Both the position numbers and the translations under genes were made by a program. From Camelus ferus (lineage: Eukaryota), in the NCBI RefSeq assembly GCF_009834535.1, contig NC_045696.1, positions 28,770,001 through 28,834,000 of the forward strand: DNA of 64,000 nt, given 5' to 3'. This document shows, in pieces, positions 38,866 to 53,499 of the stretch; position 1 is the first letter of the stretch; each line of letters opens with the position of its first letter. Under the pieces are notes generated by a model, which worked only from the letters and a program-made list of their open reading frames with translations, had not been told where the DNA came from and ran no database searches.

Positions 38866-40211
38866 CAGCAATCTCTAAAATAATTTTTAAAAATATTTTA
38901 TAAAAAGTTTTATTGTAAGGTAATATTAAAATTACATACTTTGGTCTCTGACAATTACCTTACAAATCTGTATATCCACAAAAATTATATTATGAAAAAA
39001 ATCCCTTGAAATACTGCTAATTTTCCTAAGGCTAAATTTGTTACTGATGTGCTACAATACATGAGAGTACAAATAAAAATATTAACTTGGGAAAATTTTT
39101 TTCTTATCTCTGTATATTTATAGTAAACACTAGCCAGCACCAATGCTCAGTATTGATTGTCAATAAATACATTAAAGTATATAAGATAAATTATACATAC
39201 ACATGTATCTATGAATTTATATACATCCTAAACATACATATTACCTAAATATAATATATTAGGCACATATATATTTAGATCTAATTTATACTTAGGTTAG
39301 ATAATGTCTAAAAATATTTAAATTGGGACATATTATGCATATTAATTGTATGCCATAGTTTAAAAACTGTTCCATTTTAAAATGCATTTTAAAAATTAAA
39401 CTTAATCATCTATACTTACTTTAACATGTGCAAAATCAGGCAGATTCTTAAAAAAAATTTTTTTTAATCTACTGAATTTTGATACTACCTCCATCTTAGA
39501 TTTACTTGTACTTGTTTTTATTTTATCTTTCAGTTATGTCAGGACATTCTGTATAAGCATACACTCATCATTGGTTAAACTTGTTATAGATAATCATATT
39601 TACTTTACTTTATCTTTGCAGAATAGTCACATTATGATCCTTTCAAGGGCTTATCACCTTGAGTACATTCTGTAACTATGCTTTGGATATCCGTCATGAG
39701 GTTGAACAGCAACGTTCTTCCCTAAAATTAAGGATGGATCAAAGACTATTATTTTTTACAATAATATAATTGTATACATTATACCATAACTGCAGTACAC
39801 ACATAGTTATGTATTATTTGTTACTGGTTTTAGATAATTCAATGATAGAAAAAAGCAGTGAATACAATTTCGTTTTTTAAATGAACATCACACAATTTCA
39901 GAAAGATGTTTGAAGTCAGAGAAACATGGTTTAATTGATTCACTTATAGCTGAGTCTCACTTACCTTACCTGCGCTTGTATTTTCTTTGTAAAATGCAAA
40001 CTAAGAAACCTACCTTGTGGGGGGGGGATGTTTTGTAAATTACTGATTCAAAGCTAGCAAAGCCCTTGGTACACTGTTTGGTGTGCCCAGGTGTTACATG
40101 TGTGATAGTTTATTTCCTTCTCCTACCTTTGAGATTCCTGGTAGTAAAGTGGGGAAAAGAAGCGCACTAATGAACACTTCATTGAAAATGTTCAAGAATA
40201 CAAACCTCTTT

Positions 40212-40365
40212 TATTTCAATTTAAAAATTTTTAAATTATTTTATTTTACTTTGGGAGAAGGTAATTAGATATTTATATATTTATTTTAATGGAGGTACTG
40301 GGGATTGAACCAAGGACCTTGTGCATGCTAGGCATACACTCTATCCCTGAGCTGTACCCTCCCCC
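40212..40365 (-). mobile_element. tRNA(Ala)-derived camelid SINE (Vic-1-like)
   Basis: Minus strand ggggagggtacagctcagggatagagtgtatgcctagcatgcacaaggtccttggttcaatcccagtacctccattaaaataaat...ctaattacc with A/B boxes and A-rich tail; TSD-like aatacaaacctcttt (40197-40211) / aacagaaacctcttt (40368-40382). Confidence 0.92.
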
Positions 40366-41749
40366 TCAACAGAAACCTCTTTACATTTGTTTTGAGGCCA
40401 ACTTTTTCAATACAACTTTAAAACTGACATCCTATTTTGCATACTTGAAAGACTGTAATGTATAAACGTTGGTTAATCTGACAAGCTGATTCAGGTTAAG
40501 GAAAGAAAATGTCTGTTGTAGCTTGTACTCATCTCAGGTTTCACATTTGCATTTTAACTAGGACTTTCAAAATATTAACTCATAATTATTCAGGAAAACC
40601 TGCACATGTTTATAAAGAACAAAGTTGGGACCATCATCTTTCAAACCCACTTACATCACAGCTTATACTTCATAAATTACTATTATCTTTCACCTTCATT
40701 TTAATAACATCATCTCACAACAGATATTTAAACTTCTCTTCTCACTCAGAAAAGCACTACATACGCCCGGTACTAACACAAAATATGAAATACAAAAAGA
40801 TAGTAAGATTGGGCCTTCCTAGGGGAAGAGCGCAGTGTGGGCCTGATACCTCTCCGGTTCTCAATCATGAAGTGTAGCGTGTTTCTTTTCATGGGTTGAT
40901 TCATTACTGAAAGACTCAGCAGTCCCATCTACAACATTTCCATTTTATAGTTACTCACAATACATTAATTATAATAAGGTAGACACTAAAATTTCACCTC
41001 TATTGCCAAATGCAATGAAATAAAACTTTCTCATTCTAGATATATTAATACCTTTGGGAAATCTTGCTTTCCAGCACTATACATCCTCAAATTTTCTGAT
41101 GTGCATGTATTATTCAGTACAATATTTATTTAGACCAAATGATTAATAACCACAGTTGAGATTTCAGAGGAGAAAAGCATATCATTCCTTACCTAACCAA
41201 ACATGCTGTCAACTTTAAGAAATAAAGATTATCTACAAGGAACACTTAAACTACATTAATGAAGAGTAGTTTGTATGGTCTATATTTTATTGTTTTAGAA
41301 TGTATTATATTCCATTTCCTTTTTAATAGTATTAAAATATTAGAAAATTTAAGAAGTTTCAGGATAACACTGCTTATTTTTAGTTTATATCTGTTACGGA
41401 AGATAATAGGTGGATGGATGCATAGACAAACAGATAGATGATAGACAGAGGATAGAGATGTTTTGAAATAACTAGCCTTTAATCTACAACAACATATTGT
41501 TTAGTTGTTTGAAGTTTCACTGTATAACAGTAAAAAAAAGTATCCAATCCTCTGTTGCTGAACTTGAATTTGTTTTCTATATTATAAAAATGCTATGAAT
41601 GCATCCTCCTCCTGAATATTTGAGCCATCTTTAATAATTAATTTGAGATGAATTTATGAAAGTAGAATTACTGTAGTATGCACACTATTTAAAACTATTG
41701 GTTAATATTAGTTGAGATACATATGTTAAATAATTGTTTGCTATTTTTG

Positions 41750-42295
41750 GTCATATATTTTGTTAGATGCTGAGAATATACAAGTAACTAAATTACATGC
41801 ACACAAATAACAATAATTCATTTAACTTACAGTCTAATGTGTAAAGCAAACATATATTAAATGACTAATCCTTAATAACAGACTGGTATGTGTTCAGAGC
41901 ACCAAGAGACCATATTCAAAGCAACCTGAGTTTCTTAGGAAGCCTACAATGGAGAAATAACATTTGCATTTTCAGATCTCAAGTAGAATAGGAGTTAGGG
42001 TGGTGATGAAGTGGAAAGGTGAAGGAATGGATAGTGCCCTATCACCAGGGGAATAGCATGGGAAAATGCAGGAGGCTGGAAGGAAAAATGGCCGCTTAGA
42101 TAAATAAGAAAACAAACACAAACTGGTAGTTGAGCAACAAATGGAAAGAGTTGAGAGGAGACTGAACAAGCAGACCAACCCCATGTCATACACACATCAT
42201 ACATTTTAAGATACCCTTTTTTTTAAAGAAGATTTTTAATCAAGGAGATGGCATAATCACTTTCACATTTTGGAAAGGTAAAGTTGACCGCAGAT
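41750..42295 (-). mobile_element. LINE-2 fragments
   Basis: gttagatgctgagaatatacaag; gatttttaatcaaggagatggcataatcactttcacattttggaaagg. Confidence 0.65.
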
Positions 42296-45200
42296 GAGCC
42301 AAAAAACCTACCATTTTGAAAATCCTATTTGAAAAGTTTACCCATATCAGTCAACTTTTGCTATTATAACAAGGAGAAGAAAAAAAGAATACTTGCAAGA
42401 AAAATTCTTTAAAGTCCTCATTTAGGGAAAGTGGATCAATGCAAAAGGACAAATATTAAGAACCTAAGAACTCTGCTTTTTCCTGGGCACAAGATAGATC
42501 CACCTCCTCATTTTATCCCCTTAATATTAGCCCCTTGAGAGAGTTATATGGAGATATATAATGATTTCCCCATGCCTTTTTCTCTGACGTGTTTGGCAGA
42601 AACATTTGATAAAGAGGGTATTCTTAACTTGGTTGACAAACAAAATTAGCCTTCAGGTCTATAAAGGAGGTTTAAAAAAATTTCCATATATATTTTAAGC
42701 TATATTTTCAGAGCTCCAAATGCTAGTAGATAGAAAATTTCTTCCCTAACACCTTTACAGGCAATCAAAATGGATGTCCACAGACCTGAAGTTCTCTTCT
42801 ATGTGATCTTCTCTTAGTCAAGTCACAACTTGTCCTGCTTCACAAGTTTAAAAAGTGGAACCCAAGATAGAGGCCCACTTTCCCTATGAAATCAAAAGAA
42901 ATAATTCCATCATGCTTTCCAGACTTTTTAAACTAAGCCTCTGAAGTCTTAACCTCTTCAGTCATCCACCATCACCCAGGCTTTTATCTCTCTTGCTTCT
43001 TTTATATTTCTTATTGTATTCAAAATTCGACCCCTTTTTGACTCTCATGACATCTTCTACTGTGTCCTCTACACCTCATAACATGACCTCCAGCAAAGTC
43101 GTATTCTAATCCAGTACTTGCTTGTGAGAATACTGTTTTCTTTGAAGTCCTTTAAACTGTAGGCTACTTTAAAGTGCATTCTCCAATGCCCCATTACAAC
43201 TTACCCTCCTGATTTCCATTTCAAGACTATTATTCCCATCATCTAAGAAACCTACTTCATTTGAATTTTCCCCATCAATCCAACTACTCTCTAGCCTCCA
43301 TTTGATGAAAACTCAAACTCTCAATTCCAATGGATTCACTAAAGAGTTTATAACTCCTCTTCACTACTACTATCATCTTATTGACAGAATTACCTGGTTT
43401 AAGCAATAAAACTGTTAAAATTCCATGTTAGTTATTTTACTAAATTAACAAAATTAACAAATATCCAGATTATTACTCTCTCTCCACTCTGATATCCATA
43501 GGCTGTTATTTTGTACTTAGTCTATATATTGAGACTAGAAAAGAGTGTTACAGGTGGTGAGAATTAAAATATAGATCAGAGTAAGAAATTGCAAATTATA
43601 TTCAGTGGAATTTTGATTGAAAACTAGGTTTATATAAAATGAAAACATGAACTTGGAAAATCGGTGGAAAATAAAGCTATTATTATGAACAGTTTCTTCA
43701 AATAATGCAAATAAGTCTAAGTTCTGCAGTAAAGGGTTTGGTGGGGAAAATTTTTTTCTGGTACTTCTACCTAATTATTAAACTTATATTCCATATGACG
43801 TCAGGAAAGTAACTATAAAGTTTTATACACCACCTCTCCATTTCTAAATATTTAATATTGATTTCTTTCTGTTCCTGAAACTCCATCCTAATTCTTTCCA
43901 AAATGGTTTATAAAGACCAAACTTGAAGTATTAGAATAAAATGAAGAGGATGAAGAGGCAGATGTGCCATGAAGTTTAGACACAGTTTTTTTAATACAGA
44001 AATAAGAAATTTTGCCTTTATTATTATCTATTTATTTTTATTATTTAAACAAATAATTATTTTATTATTAAAACATTTGATTCTTCTTAAAGGGATTACA
44101 AAAAAACTGTAAAGACTGACGCAGGTCAGATTTTGAAATGTCTATAATGGTTTTAAGTGAACAAAAAAAGGAGTATTAAAATAAACAGAATTTGAAATAA
44201 TGTAGAGAAACTGAGAAAAGGAAAAGAGTTTGTAGAATATTTTGTTTATGGATGAAGTAATAAGAACCTAAAGAAGGCTATTGGAAGTGCTAAGGGAAAA
44301 GAAGAGACATGATGGAAAAAAGCTTAACTCTGCTGATGATAAAACATGGAAAGCAAGATCAAATTTGAAATATAATTTGATTGAAATAGTTTGGTGACAA
44401 AGAAAATGACAAAACTTGAAATTAAGTAAAACTAGAGACAATTTATACAGTTTGGAAGATATAATATTCTATAAAAGGGTGAATTTCATTTATTCATACA
44501 ATAAAATGTTCTATTTTCTTCAAATTTAGTCAAACAGGAATATCATGAGGTCTTAAAATATGCTTGTAAAATTGTAAATTAACAATGGACTGAATGACAT
44601 AGATTTGCTTCTTCCTTGCATATTGTTATTTGGAGCATTTGTGATGTTATCAGAAAACCGTAAAAAAGATGGACAATAAACAACACTTTATTATTCTTTA
44701 AGCTTTACTTGAGTCGTAGCAGAATCAATAAAATTGGAATGAGTGGAGAAACAGCATAGCTATCCAACATTCTATGAATTGCTCATACGTATTGAATTAT
44801 TTAGTATTTAACGAAATGTGCATGTTAAGAGGGTAAGGTTATGTGGCTCTTTATTGAGCTTGCTACACCCAGGATGTTATTTCTACAGAATAAATATTTT
44901 ATAATTTTGCTGCAATCTATTTTGTGCAAGGGCATTGATTTATATCACCAAAAATCCAATAAGTCTGTGTTCGTATTCATAATTTTACTTGTTAAACACA
45001 AATGTCAGAAGCAATGCTTATACAGAGATACATTTGCTTTGTATTTATGTGTGAGTTAACTATTGAAAATTATTTACATTTTGAGGCTAATTCTTTTAAA
45101 TCAGCAGAAACACACTTAGAAACTTAAAAGGTTGTACAAATTCAGATAGAGATCTTCTGTTAGCTTTGTTTGGTAAATGCACAAAAATGATACTGAAAAT

Positions 45201-45689
45201 GAATTACATAAAAATAGCATTTCTAAATAGAGCCATTAATAGCAATTCACATGATGGTAATGAGACTCTTGACAATCCATTGTGTGATGATCTAGATAGG
45301 ATTTAGTAAAATTGCTCTAAGGTGAGTTTTTGTAGAAGGCATTCTGATACCCTGTCTTCATTTTCACATGAAATCAGAGTTGCAATCCTAAAAAGAAGTA
45401 AGCTTTCTGTATTTTGGTAATAAAGTTAACTCAAAGTATAAATAGGAAGAGTAAGCCAACAAAACAATAACCTTACTGGAAATTGCAATCATAGAATACT
45501 GAAGACACAACTTTAAATATTGTCTAGTTTAAGCCCCTCACTGTGGAGAGAAAGAAAGGAAAAATGAAGGCTAGTCTCATGAATGTTAAAAACTAAAAAA
45601 AAATAATATCTAGTTGGGAGAATAAAAGCAAGGAAAAATGAACAAGTCAATAGGTAGCATCTGAGATGATAAGAAGTCCAAAGGCTTCT

Positions 45690-46000
45690 CTGGGAGATAA
45701 GTTTCTGCTTTAATGACGGTAGGCCTTTCTGAAGAGATGATATAAAGTAATGATTTACAGGAAGTTAGGAAGCAAGCTATGTGGGTATCAGAGGGAAGAT
45801 ACTTTCAAGCAGAGGGAATTAACTGTACAATGATTATAAGATAGGAGTGTTCTTGGCATCTGCAAAAAGGAGCACTATATGGATGGCAGTGTTCTTGGAA
45901 CTGAGTGAGTCAGTAAGGAGGAATATGGTAGGAGATGAGGTCAGCATAATACCTGGGCCACAGAAAATGCCTTGTCTTTACTCTGAGATGCAAATCCATG
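45690..46000 (-). mobile_element. LINE-2 fragment
   Basis: ggccttttctgaagagatgata; gggaagatactttcaagcagagggaat; ggtaggagatgaggtcag; ctttactctgagatg. Confidence 0.7.
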
Positions 46001-47849
46001 AGTTGCTTGATAACTTCTGAGTGAATCTAAATTATCTAATTCTTTCATGGAAACAGCAGATTTTCAAGCTTATTCACAATATGACAGCATTTTATGTGTG
46101 TTTGAATAATTTTAAATAAACGACACAATTCTGTGTAGATTAAATATAATGAAGAAACAGCTAAAGGAAAAACAAAGCTCTGTTATTAATTTAAAGATAG
46201 ATTTTATTCTTTCACTCTGCCTCTGATTTCAATTCAGTTTTTGGTTTAGTTCGTTCTTTCTCTTTATTTCCCATATCCTCTAAATGATTCCTCTATGAAA
46301 GGTGAAGTATCAAGTATATTGTTTCCTCATTACTTCTGATTCAGTAGTAATGTACTAATCTGTATATTGTCCCCTAAATAATCTTTTCATTAATAGTCTA
46401 GTTGCTTATTTGACTTAGAATCCAGATAATTGCAGCAATGATAATTGAATTTACTGTCTTTGGTTAAGAAACACAATCCAGATTGTTTTCTTACTTCCTC
46501 CCCCTCACTCATGTGCATCACTGATCTCTTTCTGTTGACAACATTGTCCTACTGTAGCATTACTTATTTCCCAGGAGACACACCAGCATATAGGAAATTC
46601 TTAGTCTAGAGCATAAAACCATACTGAGTCAAGACTTGTAGACAATAAATGATATTTTATTGTGGCTGAGGAATTGTAAACAGATGGGATGGACCTTTAA
46701 AAAGAAAAGCCAAGGAAATGTTTTATTCTTGTTAAAGGAAGACCTACATAAACCTGTCTGGACGCCTGACTCCAAATTCTCTGCTAGACTCCTCATGCTA
46801 TATGTAAGTTATCCTATAACTTAGTGAAGTCTTGTATAATATTTTACTTAAACAATTTTAGTAGCTTCCTAATATCCATCTTGCCTTCAGTGCTTTTTTA
46901 ATTCTCCCATTTACAGCCAATTCATTCTGCGTAGTGTTAACAAATTCATCTAAAGTTAATAAATAAAAAAAGCAAACAAAAACATATTCTCTCTCTCTAC
47001 TGCTTAAACAAAAACACCACCATCACCACTAACCAACAAATAAGTAAAGAAGAAACACAAAAATAGTCTCAGCTCTTTGGTTTTGTTCTCAAATACCTAT
47101 AAATTCTCTCTCTAACCTTCTTTTCAGCCAGCCTCATAGCCACTCCCTAGCACAAACACTGCTGTCCCACCAATTTTATCATTCTGCCCAAAGCAATGTT
47201 TTGTTTTCCTGCCTTTTAAATCCTCGTTGTGCACACTGAATATTTTATGTTCACTCAAGGGCAAGCTAAAACATAAATATATTTTGTATCTCTCTTTATT
47301 AATTAATGTGTCCTTGATTACTAATCTTTTTCCCCCTTTCTAAAGCAGCTAGATTTCACACCATCTCTTCATACTTCTGAAAGATCAGTTGATGATGAAC
47401 ATACCTGTCTTCTTTCTGAACTCAGAGATCCTTGCATTCTGAGGTTACATGGTAAACCTCTGTGCTTGAAGATGATGCCTGTCATGTACAGGTACTGAGT
47501 TATGCAGCCTGATGGAATGCCAGCTACTGCTTAGCTCATTCTAGAAACTGGGCTAGGCTTTGGGACAAAAATAAGATAGAATTCTCCCTTGCAAGAAGTG
47601 TTAGAAGCAAGCAAAAAAATAAGTCAATTTATAATAATTTGTAAAGGATGCACTCATATACTGGTGATGTATATTGACACTGGTCTGACCAATCTGAAGA
47701 GAAATCTGTTCAACTGTATCAAAAGCCTTGAAAAAATATACCATATGACTTCAGCAATTATTATTATTATTATTTTTTATATTTTAGAGATGATCAAAGT
47801 TGACTACAAATAAAATATTCTTAGCATAGGTTATATTGGAGAATCTAGG

Positions 47850-50540
47850 TAGTAACTGGGACAATCGTAGGGCTTAACCTCATTTGCTCTATCTTCCAAG
47901 GATTATCATTCTTCATTACCTAAAGTCTAATATCTGGAATATTTTTGTTGCATACAGTTTCTCTCTCTTTGATAGTTGTTTCAAATAGTAGGGGAGCTCT
48001 GGTCACTGTTTCTATATCTTGGGCAGAAATGAGTCTATTACTTTCACTTTTCTCCTGTCTGTAATGATTCTTTTTATTCTTTTTGACTATAAACAAAGGT
48101 TCTGTTTATCATTGGTTTTCAATAGTCTTACTATGAGGTATCTTGGTTTGTTTTTCTTTATAACTATCTTGCTTTGGATTCTCTGAGCTTCTTGGATCTG
48201 AAATTTGTGATTTTTCATTAATTTGGGAGAACTCTTAGCTGTTATCTTTTATATATTTTCCTACCTTACTGTTTTCTTTCTGAAACAAAAATTACATATA
48301 TATTACAAATTTGATATTGCCCTTTTAGATTCTAAGATTTTTTCCCCCTATCTGGGATTCCCATTTTGGTTCAGTTTGCATAATTTCAATTGATCTCTCC
48401 TCAAGTTCACTTATTCTTTATTCAGATCTATCCAGTTTGTTGTAACTCCACTGAAGAAATTCTTCATTTCTGACACTGTGTTTTCAATTATTAGCATTTT
48501 ATTTAGAATTTTTACTGTTTTACTCTGATGACATTTAATTTTTTTCCATGTATGTGTACATTTTTAAGCCTATTTTTTAATATATCAATTATATTACTTT
48601 GAAGAATATGTTTGATAGTTCCAACACCTGGACTTTATCTCTTCCTAGTGTTACTATTTTATCTATTCATAATGGGTTGTCTATTATTGCTTATTTTGTG
48701 TGTTTCATAGTTTTTTGATGACTTATGTGCAAGAGAGCTGTAGACACTGCGTCAGATACTGTGTATGCTTTCACATTGGCGTGCCTCTTCTTTATGGTCT
48801 CTGTGAGGTCTGAATCAATCTAGACAGGACTTGATCTTGGTTTGAGCTCTACTGTTGCTATAACTACCTTCACTGAATCACAGGCTTAAAATCCCTTCAG
48901 TGGCTGACAGACACTGCCTTATTTTTAGTGTGCAGCCTAAAGTGCCAGATAGCTTTTTTGTTTTTGGGTTTTTTTTTCCTCAGTATTCTTGCTCCACGTT
49001 CTGTCTTCTGTGGGTTCTGCACACCTGCTGCTCCAGAGACCAAGTTGCTCTCCAAGTATCTGTTCCTCCTCAGGTCGGAGCAGGGTCAGGTCGACGGTGG
49101 TCATTCCCCAGTGGAAATCAGATTTTGCTTCCTATCAAAGGCTCCTGGTGCTGGCATATTCGGTCTCTCTTCCCAGCTGATACTACTACTCTGCACTAAT
49201 GCAGGGCCTGGAACACAAATGGGCCCTGCTCAGCACTTCCGTTCCAGTCTCAGAACTCAGCAGTCCTGCGTGCCTCCACCACCAAGGGGCTCTCTCAGGG
49301 CACCTGCTCCTGCTCCCAAACTTTCTCACGGGCACTTGATGAAGGCCCATTATAAAGGGCTAGTTAGTAACTGAGGACCCCTCTTGCATCCAGGGTTTCT
49401 ACCAGTTCAAGACTCTCAGGTTAGTCCACACTCGGCCTTTAAGAACTCACTGCATTTTCCGGTGTTTTCTTCTTAAGTACTTTTATGCCTGCTACCTCCT
49501 TCTTCTATCATCTGCCAAAGTTAAAATTGTTCACAGGTTCCCACTGTCCTCAGAGTGGCTTATCCTCACCCTTCAGAATTCAGTTCACCTGCTGCCTGGT
49601 GACCTCAGTGTCTCTCATGGGTTCAAAACATATAATTTTGCAGATTGCCTGGATTTCTCTCATCATCAGTTAGGGTGAGAGAGACCTTGCTGTGCAGCTG
49701 TCCACATTCTAAGCTAGAGCAAAAGTCGAACATATATAGTAACTATCGACTAGACCTTGAACATCATACACTTAACATTATTGAGTGTTGGATACTGTTG
49801 TCTCCCTTTACAGAGTATAGGAGGTTTTATTTTGTTTTGTTTTGTTTTGTTTTGTTTTGTTTTTCCAGTCAGGCAGTTACCAGACTTTCCAATTTTCTGG
49901 ATCCTTTTGAAACTCAATTTAAGCTCTGGTATGAGTTAAAACAGGCTGCAATCTAGGAATAATTCAAGTTTCCTAAGATATGATTTTTATCACGTGTCCA
50001 TCAAGTGAACCAGGTGTTCAGTGAGGACTCTGCACCATGACTAGTCATCACTAGAAGGTCTCTGAGAGCAGCCTAGTGTGAGCTGTGAGAATTGTCCAGC
50101 TTGTATCTCTGGAGTCATTCTTTGCCTGTCCTAATGGGGTTGTATCTTACTCACCTGCAATTCATTACTGGGCAATAGATCCAAAGAGAAATCCATCTAG
50201 TACTTAGAGATACTTTTTTCTCTATAACTTCCTCCTCCCCGTTACTCTGCAAACCAAAGTGCAGACGTGTCTGCCTTCCTAGTCTCTTATCTCCTCAATT
50301 CAGTGAGGCTGCTATCCTGTACTGTTATCTAGAAACTAACTCCTGGCAGAAAGCCAATGAAATCGTTGGGCTCATCAGGGATCATAAGAGGATCCATTTT
50401 TCTGACGGATTAGAGTCTGCGTTGCCTATCGTTTGAAGACTGAAATTAGTTGGGATTTTTTAAATATATTTTTCCAATTTTATAGTTGCTCATAGAAGGG
50501 CATAAGTATGGTGCCAGTAATTCCATCATGTCCACAAGAA
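47850..50540 (-). mobile_element. Old L1 5'UTR/ORF1 fragments (several pieces)
   Basis: ctctgagcttcttggatctg...tttttcattaatttgggagaactcttagctgttat (antisense ORF1); GC-richer UTR at 48900-49720; 5'-end-like text at 48000-48030 and 50500-50540. Confidence 0.75.
49826..49864. repeat. (GTTTT)n pentanucleotide repeat
   Basis: ttttattttgttttgttttgttttgttttgttttgttttt read directly. Confidence 0.95.
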
Positions 50541-50832
50541 GAAGACTTTTAAACATTGTTATGCATAAAAATTTGCCCACCTCTGTTGAAATTTTCTCAA
50601 GAGAATGTGTGAATGTTTTGAAAGCCTGTTACCTTGTGGGTCAGCCTAGACTTCAAAATTCGTGTCACATATTCTAGTTAAGTGACTATCATCCATGCTT
50701 TGGTTTAGTGGAATTCTTCTCAAATTCAAATAAAGTATGAATTGGCAAGTGAATGTCATGTTATGTAAACTTTTATTTCAAAAACTAAATGTGTTTTGCT
50801 TGGTCTTTAGATTCATAAATGTTGCCACTTTG

Positions 50833-51663
50833 CACACCAGTCAGAATGGCCATCATTCAAAAGTCCACAAAGAACAAATGCTGGAGAGGCTGTGGAGAAA
50901 AGGGAACCCTCCTATACTGCTGGTGGGAAGGCAGTTTGGTGCAGCCACTGTGGAAAACAGTATGGAGATTTCTCAAAAGACTAGGAATAGACTTAACCAT
51001 ATGACCCAGTAATCCTACTCCTGGGCATATAACCAGAAGGAACCCTACTTCAAAAAGACACCTGCATCCCAATATTCATAGCAGCACTGTTTACAATAGC
51101 CAAGACATGGAAACAGCCTAAATTTCTACCAACAGAAGACTGGATAAAGACGATGTGGTATATTTATACAATGGAATGCTATTCAGCCATAAAAAATGAC
51201 AACATAACACCATTTGCAGCAACATGGATGTCCTTGGAGAATGGCATTCTAAGAGAAGAAGCCAGAAAGAGAAAGAAAAATACCATATGAGATCGCTTAT
51301 ATGTGGAATCAAAAAAAGAAAAAAAGAACATAAATACAAAACAGAAACAGACTCACAGACATAGAATACAAACTTGTGGTTGCCAAGGGGGCAGGGGGTG
51401 GGAAGGGACAGACTGGGATTTCAAAATTTGTAGATACTGACAGGTATATGCAGAATAGATAAACAAGATTATACTGTATAGCACAGGGAAATATATACAA
51501 GATCTTATGATAGCTCACAGCAAAAAAAATGTGACAATGAATATATGTATGTCCATGTATAACTGAAAAACTGCTCTACACTGGAATTTGACACAACATT
51601 GTAAAATGACTATAACTCAATAAAAAATGTTAAAAAATAAATAAAAATTAAAAATAAAAAAAA
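50833..51663 (+). mobile_element. Young 5'-truncated camelid-type L1 (ORF2 Cys-rich end, 3'UTR, poly(A)) with 18-bp TSD
   Basis: [49 protein letters not shown]-rich 3'UTR tract; AATAAA and A-rich tail; TSD ataaatg(t/c)tgccactttg at 50815-50832 and 51664-51681. Confidence 0.97.
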
Positions 51664-53499
51664 ATAAATGCTGCCACTTTGTTTTCTAAAGCTTATACAG
51701 CTTTTTATTATTTATAACTTTTAATACTTATTTTCTGTGTAACAATGCAAAATTCTTTTGGCATTTGTCTTTCAGGATTGGCCTACACAGATGAATATAT
51801 TTTCTCTACTTCATAAGACTATATTACTATTACTTGGCATGAAAATGTAATGGCAGGAAGCCACCCATCATTTAAAAAGTAAAGTCTGGCTCATGAAGGC
51901 AATGCACTTACAATATTAAAATATCCTTTAAGGCATTACTTAATCAAAAACATTGAACATATGGAGAAACAAAACTTAGCAATTTAATTTAATTGTTACA
52001 GAAAATACTATACTAACTGCTGATCCTTTGAAACATTCAGAACAAGAGAAAATATTGCCTCTTCTTAAAAGCACTGACAACTGTCTATTGAGTTTGGAAA
52101 GGCAGCGTACACACTCATCAAACAAGCATTAATTTATTGGATCATTAGGTAAAAGGCAATAGTTATTTGAAGAGAGTGGTACTTTATCCATTCAATATGA
52201 AGCAAGCCATGGTATAATAAATTAAAAGGAAAAAATCAGGTAATTGATGTCTAGTAAAAAAAAATTTAAGTTCTGTATTTTAGAGTATGGTTATTCAATA
52301 AACTGAAGTATGAAAACAATATATTTCTTGGTAAATTAAATTAGTACAGCATGACCCTATGGATATCATAAAATTGATAAGTATTCTTTCACTTTGAAGG
52401 TAAGTTTCTTTAAAGGTTTCATTAGTGACAATATGGATGTGGGAGTGTGGTTTATTTAACACAAATGGATACTTTTCACAAATTTTATTATTTTCTTCAC
52501 ATCATAAACTAAACACAAGTGACCACAGCAATGTGTTACAAATTCCCATAGGTCATTTAGCATTTCTTTATCCAGTATTCTGAATAAAATTTTGAACAGA
52601 ACAGAACTCTACATCATCAAGATGTGAATTTTTTCCAACTAGGTTTTGCTGCATAACACAAAATTTATATTAGAAATGCTGCTCTTAACATAACAGTACA
52701 TGATTTTCTATCTGTTCTCTAGACTAAATTATGATGTGAGAGATTAAATTTGTAAAAAAATTCTGTTACTGATTTTGTGATCTAGAAAGGAACAAAGGAG
52801 AACAGGATTGGAAAATGACAGTGCAAATTCTTGATTAGGAATTTTGACAATTATCCACTGCCAGCTACCAGTAAAACCAGTAAAAAAGAGCCTATACATT
52901 ATCCTCAGGTTATCCAATTATGAATGTCTGCTTCACCTACCACTGGCAGTATGTAGGTTTGTATGACTAATGCACAAGGAAACAGAGTCACAATTTGTTC
53001 TTTACCAAAACATTAGCTCATTCTACGAGACTGTCCCTCATATTGCAACCTAGTATTTCCACCCAAAATGTCTGGATTATCATTGTTCTATTTAAAAGGT
53101 AGCCAATGATAGCAATCAGACTAGTCAAAGAATCCTAAGGGAGAACATTTTTTTCAAGGTCATGCATTTTATGATTTGAATCTAGTCTCAGAGCTTTGTA
53201 CCCAAGAAACAATTTTGAAAAAAGATCTTCAACAAGTATTATATATATAGCCAGTATACTCAATCTGAACTAAAACAGATCATTAGACTTTCTTCTTTTT
53301 ACATATTTAGTAGTATTATTTACAAAAGGATTCATAGAGTTACTAACAGTATATTTACTTAATGTCCATAAATAAAATTTTGTTAAATTAACAACCCACA
53401 GTTAATGAACAGTTCCAACCTGCTAAGCTTTATATGTAATGCACCCTTTATTGGTTTCAACCAGCCTATTGGATATTCATTATTATCACTATTATTATT

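Noticed and set aside
39600..39680. Strong acceptor-like site (tttactttatctttgcag); similar isolated splice-like sites near 5893, 6139, 45321, 51776, 52399 and 58962
   Set aside because: No convincing acceptor-donor pair with a recognisable open frame; expected by chance in AT-rich DNA
40285..40365. tRNA-Ala-like sequence as a tRNA gene
   Set aside because: Has a SINE-specific 3' extension, A-rich tail and TSD, with degraded stems; it is a SINE head
40509..40877. 122-aa ATG ORF in apparently unique DNA
   Set aside because: Composition follows AT-rich background (H/I/L/T/F/K-rich); no recognisable homology or promoter context
48900..49374. 148-aa and overlapping ORFs
   Set aside because: Antisense reading of a GC-richer old L1 5'UTR; no domain or splice context
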